Source: Fibrobacteria bacterium (lineage in GTDB: Bacteria; Fibrobacterota; Fibrobacteria; UBA11236). From it: a stretch of 64,000 bases of DNA. A model generated the notes under the pieces. That model had not been told where the DNA came from. It saw only the letters and a program-made list of their open reading frames with translations, and ran no database searches. The translations under genes and the position numbers were made by a program. The stretch lies in NCBI GenBank assembly GCA_043745805.1, contig JAYTSD010000043.1, forward strand, positions 1 through 64,000, written 5' to 3'. Below, piece by piece: positions 1 to 8,442 of this stretch. The stretch's first letter is position 1. Each line of letters opens with the position of its first letter.

Positions 1-1
1 A

Positions 2-124
2 AAGCGCGGGTTCAAATTCATAGGGTCCACTATTTGTTATGCACATATGCAGGCTACGGGCATGGTGAATGATCATACGGTGCAATGTTTTCGGCATAAA
101 GAAGTTCAGGGGAAAATTAAATAA
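2..124 (+). CDS. tag: DNA-3-methyladenine glycosylase I, 3' end only (runs off the window start)
   Basis: Manual translation KRGFKFIGSTICYAHMQATGMVNDHTVQCFRHKEVQGKIK* matches the Tag C-terminal motif (GFKFVGxTICYAxMQAxGMVNDH..CF). Not in the ORF track. Confidence 0.9.
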   Translation, partial: KRGFKFIGSTICYAHMQATGMVNDHTVQCFRHKEVQGKIK

Positions 125-230
125 GCAAAGAAGCCTGGTTTGAGCAGTTGCATTTCTAATAGGTTTCGATTTCTTTAAATACTGCGGGTTTTGCGCCAAA
201 AACCCAAAAATAGGCACAATTAATTTTTTA

Positions 231-259
231 TTGAAGTAGTTTTAAAATGTAACTATAAT
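231..259 (+). promoter_or_regulatory. sigma-70 promoter of the TA operon, probably giving a leaderless mRNA
   Basis: TTGAAG(231-236)-N17-TATAAT(254-259). The ATG follows 6 nt later with no Shine-Dalgarno. TAACTAT repeats overlap the promoter. Confidence 0.65.
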
Positions 260-265
260 ATAACT

Positions 266-553
266 ATGGCAAATATAACGATAAGAAATATCCCAGATTC
301 AATTTTTGAAAAAATAAAGTTTTTATCCGAATTAGAGCGACGCAGTCTCAACAATGAGATTTTAATTGTGATTGAAAAAGGAGCCCGCGAAGTGGAAAAA
401 AACTTTCCTTTATCGCAGCATAAAATCAGCGTGGAGACCCAAATAACTCTTTGGAATGAGCTTTCCGGTAAATGGAAAGACACAAAAACTAAGGAACAAA
501 CTATCAAAGAGATTTATGACAACCGATCATTGGGTCGAGATGTGTCATTATGA
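266..553 (+). CDS. FitA/Arc-like ribbon-helix-helix antitoxin
   Basis: N-terminus MANITIRNIPDSIFEKIK..SELERRSLNNEIL is the FitA/Arc RHH pattern. ATGA overlap with the PIN gene. Confidence 0.85.
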   Translation: MANITIRNIPDSIFEKIKFLSELERRSLNNEILIVIEKGAREVEKNFPLSQHKISVETQITLWNELSGKWKDTKTKEQTIKEIYDNRSLGRDVSL

Positions 554-942
554 TTCTTTTGGATACCGATGTTTGCATTGAGATTCTAAGAGGAAATAAA
601 AAGGTTGTAAAGAGACGGGCGGAATATTCAGGCGAAATAGCCCTTAGTTTTATGACTGTCGGGGAATTGTTCTATGGAGTAGAAAACTCCAAAAATTCCT
701 CGGAAAATAGAATTTTGGTGGAAAAGTTTATTATGACGATAAATATTATTCAGTCTGATATTTCGATCTTAAAGCGATTTGGAGAGCTTAAGTTGGATCT
801 TTATAAAAAAAATATACTTATTCCCGATGCCTATCTTTTCATCGCAGCAACGGCTTTAGAAAAAACGGAAGCTGTGGTGACTGGTAATACTAAACATTTT
901 GCAAGAATAAGTGGAATGAAAATTGAAAACTGGATACGATAA
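550..942 (+). CDS. vapC: VapC-family PIN-domain toxin
   Basis: LLDTDVCI, TVGELFYG, IAATAL, VTGNTKHFARI.GMKIENW; 130 aa. Confidence 0.9.
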   Translation: MILLDTDVCIEILRGNKKVVKRRAEYSGEIALSFMTVGELFYGVENSKNSSENRILVEKFIMTINIIQSDISILKRFGELKLDLYKKNILIPDAYLFIAATALEKTEAVVTGNTKHFARISGMKIENWIR

Positions 943-982
943 GGTATTACTTAATTACTGAAAATATTAAACGGGAGAAAAT

Positions 983-1210
983 ATGCGTGGAATAGGATTT
1001 ATCGGAATGATTGTCACTATGTTAATTGTGGCTTATTTGATGATTAAAAATTTAAAGTCCTCCTCACATACGGCTTTGCAAAATTCTACGGAAATGCAAA
1101 TGCCTGCGAATATCACGCAATTACCGGCAACAGTAAAACAGAAATTAAATGAAGATATGAAGAATGCGGAAGAGAATAATAAGAAGGCCATGGAAGGGAT
1201 AGAGAAATAA
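983..1210 (+). CDS. Small membrane-anchored hypothetical protein
   Basis: GGGAG RBS, N-terminal hydrophobic helix, charged helical tail. Confidence 0.65.
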   Translation: MRGIGFIGMIVTMLIVAYLMIKNLKSSSHTALQNSTEMQMPANITQLPATVKQKLNEDMKNAEENNKKAMEGIEK

Positions 1211-1303
1211 GTGTTTTGAACTTTAAATTTAGGCGAAGGCCAAAGCTAAAGTTTAGAATATGTGAGGTAACAAAGTGCGCAGCGATGAAACCTCGGATCA
1301 ATT

Positions 1304-2563
1304 TTATTCTTTAGAAATCTTCACCGGCTTAGCCGAAAGCACTTTTTTTCCGGATTGCGCAACTACCACATAATATCCTGAAGCTAGGGCATTACCTCGG
1401 TTATCCTGCCCATTCCATTGCAAACTATTTTGCCCGTAACCTAGAGATTTTCCCCAAACTTTATGATTGTTTAAATCGAAAATTCCTATCTGCACGTTTT
1501 TTTCCGAAGCGGATGAGGGGTAGAGAATATTTAATGAATTTATGGAAGGATTGAAGGTGGCCTGAGAAAGTTGCAATCCTTTCCATATTGCCGAAGCGTC
1601 GTTAAGCTGTGGTTGTATGCCAACGGTAAAGCCAGGTTTAATACGCCCAGCCATTTTGGTAAGTAATTTAAAACAGCCGCCATTGCCCGTCATGTAAAGG
1701 GTTTTGCGACCGGTGCCACCAAAAACTTGATTCGTGTTATTGCCTAATGTAGTGGTGCTACCTGTAACATAGATGTGACCTAAGAAAGGATCTTTTACCG
1801 GAGTAGAATAAAGATGCACTGCGCCTTGCGCATAACCCGCAATGTATACATGGCCGCTATCATCCAAGGTTAATCCATCGGCTCCGGGAATATCGGGAAC
1901 ATATTTGACTTTTCCCGTTAACGCGCCATCAGTACCCACAGTAAATTTCCAAGTGGTGGTGGCATCGCGTTCGGAAACATAAAGAATGTTTTTGTCTTCT
2001 ACCCATTCCACGCCACTGGGAGAAGCAATTCCGGTTGTTTTAACTATGGTTTTTCCATCGGCGCTCACATAAAAAAGCGTATGCCCACTAGTAAGGTTTG
2101 TTACAAACATCGCACCTGTTGATCCAATGCTAATATCGTGTAAGGATTTGAAATCAGGAGAGGCGACCAGAGTTTCTTTAACACCCGCTTTATCAAAACG
2201 TAATAGCGCGCCATTGGCACAAACTACTAAGCGCCCTTGTGGATCGAATTCCATGCCGCGTGCAGAATCATTTTGACCTTCATAAAAAACGGAAGCGGAT
2301 CCTTGTGGCGTTACTTTATAAATAATGCTGGCTGAAGATTCAGAAAAAAACAAATTGCCGTCGCCGTCTAAAGCAGGGCCATCGCATTGGCCAAGAACGC
2401 GATTAGTAACAGGATGTTTGATTAAAACGGCCTGGATTTTTTCCGCGGCATCCACGATTTTTGCTGGAACATCATTATGATTCCCATATTGTGCGAGGGC
2501 ATTGCTTGCAATTAAACCAAGGCTTAAAGTGGATAGGCGAAATAGGGCAGAAAAATGAGGCAT
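1304..2563 (-). CDS. Secreted SMP-30/gluconolactonase-family beta-propeller with C-terminal FlgD/T9SS-like domain
   Basis: Signal peptide; DGPALDGDGNLFFS, GADGLTLDDSGHVYIA, NQVFGG..RKTLYMT; C-terminal WNGQDNRGNALASGYY. Confidence 0.8.
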   Translation of the reverse strand: MPHFSALFRLSTLSLGLIASNALAQYGNHNDVPAKIVDAAEKIQAVLIKHPVTNRVLGQCDGPALDGDGNLFFSESSASIIYKVTPQGSASVFYEGQNDSARGMEFDPQGRLVVCANGALLRFDKAGVKETLVASPDFKSLHDISIGSTGAMFVTNLTSGHTLFYVSADGKTIVKTTGIASPSGVEWVEDKNILYVSERDATTTWKFTVGTDGALTGKVKYVPDIPGADGLTLDDSGHVYIAGYAQGAVHLYSTPVKDPFLGHIYVTGSTTTLGNNTNQVFGGTGRKTLYMTGNGGCFKLLTKMAGRIKPGFTVGIQPQLNDASAIWKGLQLSQATFNPSINSLNILYPSSASEKNVQIGIFDLNNHKVWGKSLGYGQNSLQWNGQDNRGNALASGYYVVVAQSGKKVLSAKPVKISKE

Positions 2564-2971
2564 AGAACAAACTCCTTAATATGACTTTTTCGGCTCCCCA
2601 AGCCATTGCAAAGGTAAACGGAATTTTCACAATCGGCCAAACCTTTTTAATAAGGACACCATCCTACTTGGTATTGTATAAGATTTCAATGCGATAGGTT
2701 TCTTCGCGTTTTCAATACAAACATTTTTTTGAACAGTAGGGTATTTTAAAAAAAGAATAACCCTAACCAAAAGAAAATCCCCAAAAAAATAAAAGCAAAC
2801 TTGCGAATTGTGGGCATTTGAGGCCACAGAAAATACGCTAAAACATATTTATAGGCCTTAATCGACTGTTTTGTCCAGCTTGATCGGGCAAGGCGGTGTA
2901 TTATTGCAATGGGGAAAATCGCTTCGGTGATTGGTTATAATAAGCAATGAACAAGGGGAGAAAATAGTCCA

Positions 2972-5266
2972 GTGTTAGCACTATTCTCAAAATTAACATA
3001 TCATCAAACCCAAGCTAGGGTTAAGAATTTATTGATTGCATCGTTTATAGGTGCCGTTTCAATACTCAATGCTCAAGATATATCGCTCTCGGGAAAAGTA
3101 ATTGATGCTACCGGAAAGCCATTAGCAGGGGTAGCGTTAAAGTTACTCTCTGCGGGTAATGAAACGGTAACCGGAGCCGATGGAAATTATAATTTAAGCG
3201 GTAAAGTGAATGGGATTTTCAAAACGGATTTAAGTAAAAATAGTATTCAATATGCGAATAATAAATTTCTTATTTATTCCTCAGAGGCAACCACACTGGA
3301 TATTGCGTTATACGATTTGCAAGGCTTGCATATAGCATCACTTTTTAATGGAATCTTAAAAAATGGAAAAACGGAGCTGACTTTCCCTTTAGAAAATTAT
3401 GGAAGCAAAATATTTTTATTAAGAATGAAAATGGGCGAGGTAAAGTCACTGTTCAAATTAATTTCTTTGGGTAAATCAACACACCATTTAGTGCCGCAGC
3501 CCATGGTTTCGGTTGGAGTCTTATCCAAAAAGGCCGCGACCGATTGGCTGCAAGCTTCTAAAGGGGGCTATGCAAGCAATGTACAAGCTATTACTAATTA
3601 TACTGGTATACTTAATTTTACTTTAACCACTTCGACCGCACCTGATTTTGGACCCAAGGTTTTGATTTTTGATCCGACAATGCCTATGGCTAATATTCAA
3701 AAACAAATCGATGATGTGTATGCGGTGCAAATCGATAATCATATGGGTCCTGAGCGCTATGCTTTGCTTTTTAAACCAGGAGCTTATACACTTACTGTAG
3801 ATGTGGGACATTATACCCATGTGGCAGGGCTTGGCGCTATGCCCGATGATGTGGCTATAACCGGAGCTGTACGTTCTATTGCAACGGGTGGAGGGGGAGT
3901 AAATAATGTGACACTCAGTTTTTTTAGAACTTGCGAAAACCTATCTATTAATCCTACTAATAAAGTCAATACTTGGGCTTTGTCACAAGGTTCGGCCTTT
4001 CGTCGTGTGCATGTTAAAGGGTCACTTAATTTGTCCTTAGGTGGTTGGGCCAGTGGCGGTTATTTATCCGATTCTAAAATTGATGGGCAAGTGAATTCGG
4101 GATCGCAACAACAATGGTTTTCACGGAATAATGAATGGTTAGGTTGGAGTGGGGGAGTATGGAATATGGTGCTCTTAGGCAATAATAATGCGCCCGCAGA
4201 AGGATGGCCGGCAAAGCCTTTTACGGTTATTCCTCAGACTACTCAAATAAGGGAAAAACCATTTTTGACATTAATGGGTGGGGAATATTTTGTCACCGTT
4301 CCAGGTTTACGTAAAAATGTGCAAGGTAATAGCTGGTCAACTGGAACCGCGCTGAGTGAATCATTACCTATTAATCAATTTTATATTGCAAAATCCGATA
4401 AAGATAATGCCAATAGTATTAATGCTGCTTTGGCTCAAGGAAAGAACTTAATACTGACTCCAGGAATTTATAATTTAGACAAAAGTATTTTAGTTACCCG
4501 ACCCAATACGGTAATTTTAGGGTTAGGCTATCCCACATTAGTTCCGGACAATGGAACTACCGCCATGTTAATTTCGGATGTGGATGGCGTAAAAGCATCT
4601 GGCTTTATTGTCGATGCGGGCGTGAATAATTCCGCGACTTTATTACAGATTGGCGAAACCGGTAGCAGCACAAGTCATGTGGCAAACCCAACTTCAGTGA
4701 GTGATGTTTTTTGTCGCGTGGGTGGAGGCACAGCCGGAAAGGCTTCCAGCTGTGTCACTATTAATAGCAATAATGTGATTGCAGATCACTTTTGGCTTTG
4801 GCGTGCGGATCATGGTGCGGGTGCAGCATGGAATGAGAATAAAAGTAAAAATGGATTAATCGTGAATGGTGCGGATGTCATCGTTTATGGTTTATTCGTT
4901 GAGCATTTTCAGGAACATCAAACATTGTGGAATGGTGAAGGCGGCAAAATGATTTTCTATCAAAGTGAAATGCCTTATGATGTTCCATCGCAAGTGGAAT
5001 GGCAGCATAATGGCGTGAATGGTTTTGCGTCTTATAAAGTGGCGAGCACGGTTAAAACCCATGAGGCCTGGGGTGTGGGTGTATATTGTGCCTTTCAAGA
5101 TGCGACCGTCATCTCCGCTAATGCCATAGAGACCTCTACGGCACCTGGTGTTCTAATGCATCATTTGGTCAGTATATTTTTAACCGGCTCTGGCGAAATC
5201 AGCAATGTCATTAATGGCACCGGAGGTGCGGTGAATAGTTCCAAACAAAAAGCCACGTCGAATTAA
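2972..5266 (+). CDS. Secreted GH55-like exo-beta-1,3-glucanase with N-terminal beta-sandwich module
   Basis: PDFGPKVLIFDP, RYALLFKPG, SGSQQQWFSRN, DHFWLWRADHG, GLFVEHFQ and FYQSEMPYD (candidate catalytic Glu), as in bacterial GH55. Confidence 0.8.
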   Translation: MLALFSKLTYHQTQARVKNLLIASFIGAVSILNAQDISLSGKVIDATGKPLAGVALKLLSAGNETVTGADGNYNLSGKVNGIFKTDLSKNSIQYANNKFLIYSSEATTLDIALYDLQGLHIASLFNGILKNGKTELTFPLENYGSKIFLLRMKMGEVKSLFKLISLGKSTHHLVPQPMVSVGVLSKKAATDWLQASKGGYASNVQAITNYTGILNFTLTTSTAPDFGPKVLIFDPTMPMANIQKQIDDVYAVQIDNHMGPERYALLFKPGAYTLTVDVGHYTHVAGLGAMPDDVAITGAVRSIATGGGGVNNVTLSFFRTCENLSINPTNKVNTWALSQGSAFRRVHVKGSLNLSLGGWASGGYLSDSKIDGQVNSGSQQQWFSRNNEWLGWSGGVWNMVLLGNNNAPAEGWPAKPFTVIPQTTQIREKPFLTLMGGEYFVTVPGLRKNVQGNSWSTGTALSESLPINQFYIAKSDKDNANSINAALAQGKNLILTPGIYNLDKSILVTRPNTVILGLGYPTLVPDNGTTAMLISDVDGVKASGFIVDAGVNNSATLLQIGETGSSTSHVANPTSVSDVFCRVGGGTAGKASSCVTINSNNVIADHFWLWRADHGAGAAWNENKSKNGLIVNGADVIVYGLFVEHFQEHQTLWNGEGGKMIFYQSEMPYDVPSQVEWQHNGVNGFASYKVASTVKTHEAWGVGVYCAFQDATVISANAIETSTAPGVLMHHLVSIFLTGSGEISNVINGTGGAVNSSKQKATSN

Positions 5267-5268
5267 CT

Positions 5269-5351
5269 GGTCACTTCGACAGGCTCAGTGACCGAATTAG
5301 ATACATCGGTCACTGAGCCAGTTCTTGGTCACTGAGCTTGTCGAAGTGACC
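5269..5351. repeat. REP-like inverted repeat: two 25-bp units plus one partial unit
   Basis: GGTCACTTCGACAGGCTCAGTGACC (5269-5293), partial GGTCACTGAGCC (5308-5319) and inverted GGTCACTGAGCTTGTCGAAGTGACC (5327-5351, 1 mismatch), between convergent genes. Confidence 0.85.
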
Positions 5352-5369
5352 TAAGTAGTAGCCTATAGA

Positions 5370-7730
5370 TTAAGGTAAAAGCAGTAACTTACCGGTTTTA
5401 AGGGCTGGAGTGCTTCCCGAAATTTTGAGTTGATAAAAATAAAGTCCTGGTTTTAGATTCTCGCCAATATTCCAAGTATACTCCGATAATCCTGAAAAAC
5501 CTTGTTGCACATGCTTCTGGGTTTTGCCATCGAAAGAGATTAAACTCAATTCCATCACTGCATAGTCCTGGGCATATTGTGCAAGACTAATGGGAATAAG
5601 CTTAGATTGTGCGATGTGATAGATATCATTATTGAAGCCTAAATGATGGGCGAAAAGAGCTTTATCCTTTGGCGTAACACCAATAGTCGTAGCCACTTTA
5701 TAAGTTGCTGTAAAAGTTACCGGATTGGCCGGCACAATAAAGTTTTGAAAAGCAGTTGTGGTATTTAAACTGGCAGGAACATCACCTGCAAAAGTCCAAT
5801 GGTCAAAAATATAATCTATGCCATTTAAAGTTAGAGGTGAATTGGCATTGATTCTTCCGTCATTGCCGATTACGGCTTTAAAAGTAGTATCCGTTTTGAT
5901 GAGTTCCATGGCCACTAAACTTAATCCCGCCGGTACTGATTTTGCGGTCATATTCATCAAGTTAGGATATAAAGCTAGCGTGTCAATCACCACATTATTG
6001 GCATTATCATGCACCGTTAAAATAAGTAATAACCAAACTTGCGAACTAGGCTCTCCACCTACGCTGCTGGCGAAGTTACCCGATTGTACAGTATCAAATA
6101 CAGTAATAGGATGCGTATGATAATTTGTAGGAGAAGTGCGATGGGCTAATTGTAATTCCCAATGAAAAGCACTTTTAGGCAAATTACCTTGCTCCGGATC
6201 AACCGCCGTAGCGGCGAATTGAATGAGATTTGGAACCGTAAAAAATGCTCCTTGTAGGGGAGAAGTAATGGTTACCACAGGTGGTCCATTAAAGGCGAGC
6301 ACAGTTAATTGCGCGAAGTTACTGTTAACGGTGCTGTTAACATTGGATACCAGCACTCGATAGCGAGCTGCTTGGGCTGTCGTAGCCTTGATGGATAAAT
6401 TGGCCGTGGTAACACCACTAAAAATGGTGGAATTGGCAAGGTTGGTAAAGGTTGTGGTTCCAGTTGGGGCGCTTTGCCATTGATATGCCAGATTTGGTCC
6501 AGCAGCCACTACGGAAAAAATAGCGGTCATCCCTGAATTGACGGTGTCGTTTTGGGGATCATTGGTAATCGTAGGAGGAGTAGTTGCAATTCCATCATAA
6601 TGCACTTGCCATAAACCATCGCGATTATAAGTGCAGTAATACATGTTACCATCTACTTCGCCGAAAGTTAAACCTAAAGGTTGATCGCCGCTCGCGTCAA
6701 AAATGGTTCCCCCATTTGTACCAATGGGTGTGTACTTTATCCATCGGCCATTGTGATCGGAATAGTATACGGCATTTATATATTCAGTGGGCCAATTTCC
6801 GGCAATATTTCTTTTCACAGCAACACCCGTAATTGCGCCGCCGCCATAAGCCACCATAGGACATGCATAATTGGTGTCTGTGCAATTATAAAGACCAGAA
6901 TTTCCGCCCGCGCCCCAACCAAATTTTTTGCCGCTATGCTTGGAAGGAATAATGCGGTTAACCTCTTCGGTACCTCCTACATCACCGATATACAAATCAT
7001 CGCTGCTAGGATCTTTAGCCATGGACCAAGGGTTGCGAAAGCCAGGCGCAAAAATTTCCGGTTTTGCTAAGCCCGCATTGCCTGCTGGGATGCCATAATG
7101 TCCATTAGTATTATCATTACTCGCGGTAGTGCTATGCGCATCGATGCGAATTAATTTTCCGAATACATTGGTATAATTATCGGCTTGTTCTTGATGCTCG
7201 CCTTCGCCTTTAGGGATATACAGTAAACCATCATTCCCGAATACAAAATGCCCGCCATTGTGGCGGGAGTTGCCTGCCGGTAAATTAGGAAAACGATAAA
7301 TTAAATACTCACTGCCATCCACATAAGCGGGCAGGCCACCTAAAGGTGTGGATAAAGTAAAGCGCATAATGTCATGATAGTCTTGATCGCCACCATTCAC
7401 ATACACAAAATATTCCACATACATCCAACCATTGCTCGCATAATTAGGATCGGTGGTGAGACCAAATAAGCCTTGTTCCGAGCGGGCATTGCTGGTGGGA
7501 AAATGATGTAATGTTGAGGTTACTCCAGCTTTATAGGTTTTTAAATCGCCGCCTAATTCGGTGATGAAAAGGCGACTATCCGCAGTTTGTAAAACCGTAG
7601 TTCCATGTTTAATAGTGGGGACAATATTGGTGACGCTAAAATTAGCCGGCAAGGCTTGGGAAAGTGTGATGCAAATTATGGATAAAAAAATCGAAAATAC
7701 GCAACTAAAATTCCTAAGAATTCGACTCAT
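5370..7730 (-). CDS. Secreted PQQ-dependent glucose/sorbosone dehydrogenase-family protein with Ig/PKD-like domains and T9SS-like C-terminus
   Basis: EQGLFGLTTDPNY, HNGGHFVFGNDGLLY, GFRNPW, LYIGDVG..EEVN; Ig repeat (LAYQWQ); tail KPGLYFYQLK...GKLLLLP. Confidence 0.8.
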   Translation of the reverse strand: MSRILRNFSCVFSIFLSIICITLSQALPANFSVTNIVPTIKHGTTVLQTADSRLFITELGGDLKTYKAGVTSTLHHFPTSNARSEQGLFGLTTDPNYASNGWMYVEYFVYVNGGDQDYHDIMRFTLSTPLGGLPAYVDGSEYLIYRFPNLPAGNSRHNGGHFVFGNDGLLYIPKGEGEHQEQADNYTNVFGKLIRIDAHSTTASNDNTNGHYGIPAGNAGLAKPEIFAPGFRNPWSMAKDPSSDDLYIGDVGGTEEVNRIIPSKHSGKKFGWGAGGNSGLYNCTDTNYACPMVAYGGGAITGVAVKRNIAGNWPTEYINAVYYSDHNGRWIKYTPIGTNGGTIFDASGDQPLGLTFGEVDGNMYYCTYNRDGLWQVHYDGIATTPPTITNDPQNDTVNSGMTAIFSVVAAGPNLAYQWQSAPTGTTTFTNLANSTIFSGVTTANLSIKATTAQAARYRVLVSNVNSTVNSNFAQLTVLAFNGPPVVTITSPLQGAFFTVPNLIQFAATAVDPEQGNLPKSAFHWELQLAHRTSPTNYHTHPITVFDTVQSGNFASSVGGEPSSQVWLLLILTVHDNANNVVIDTLALYPNLMNMTAKSVPAGLSLVAMELIKTDTTFKAVIGNDGRINANSPLTLNGIDYIFDHWTFAGDVPASLNTTTAFQNFIVPANPVTFTATYKVATTIGVTPKDKALFAHHLGFNNDIYHIAQSKLIPISLAQYAQDYAVMELSLISFDGKTQKHVQQGFSGLSEYTWNIGENLKPGLYFYQLKISGSTPALKTGKLLLLP

Positions 7731-7955
7731 TATAGACCTCGGTAAATGAAAAAATAAGGACCCCTTAAAGCTGTAATTTGCTTTTAGGTCGGTGGTTGAC
7801 TACCTGTTAAGGTGACCTCAAATTATTTTTAGGGCTTAGGTTTCGCAATCCTATATTATTCTAACTGACTTTACTTTCTAAATTATCGAAAATTCACAAG
7901 ATAAAGCGTGTTAATAAAAACAGCAATTTAGCAAAGCTGAATTTGTTGAAAAAGG

Positions 7956-8414
7956 CTAGGACTTCGGTTCTGGTTTTTTCCACTTTTTCGATTCACCAAA
8001 TATCTGAATATTGTATTGGCGAATACTAAAGCCTTCCTTTTTAGCAAGGTCGGCTAAAGCGGCTTCTAGCTTGGGGCTATGCACTTCGCGGACTTCTCCG
8101 GTGCGCGAGCAAATCAAATGCACATGCGGTTTTGCACCTAAGGCTAATTCATAATGCGTATGCCCATGCCCAAAATCACTGACGCTTAAAATATTCGCCT
8201 CGACCAATTGGCTAAGCGAGCGGTACAGTGTGGCACGCGACACTTTTTTCTGTGATTTTTGCAATTCAAAAAGCAATTCATCGGCGCTAAAATGTCCCTT
8301 TTGCTCAAAAATAAAATGCAAAAGTTCGGAACGCTCCTTGGTAAAAAACATTTTCCTTTTTTTCAGGAATTCGCTGTATAAAGCAATAGCTGAGGGTAAT
8401 TGTTTTTCGTTCAT
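7956..8414 (-). CDS. Fur-family transcriptional regulator
   Basis: HFSADEL, VSRATLYRSL, HVHLIC motifs. Confidence 0.9.
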   Translation of the reverse strand: MNEKQLPSAIALYSEFLKKRKMFFTKERSELLHFIFEQKGHFSADELLFELQKSQKKVSRATLYRSLSQLVEANILSVSDFGHGHTHYELALGAKPHVHLICSRTGEVREVHSPKLEAALADLAKKEGFSIRQYNIQIFGESKKWKKPEPKS

Positions 8415-8442
8415 TATGCTAACTAAGATAAATAAACCATGG

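Noticed and set aside
1211-1303. Two weak hairpins and a 62-aa ORF between convergent genes, as a possible sRNA
   Set aside because: The stems are short and imperfect and match no RNA family I recognise.
7956-8414. Fur lacking CxxC motifs as an unusual regulator
   Set aside because: Fur proteins without the structural zinc cysteines are common, and metal specificity cannot be read from the sequence.
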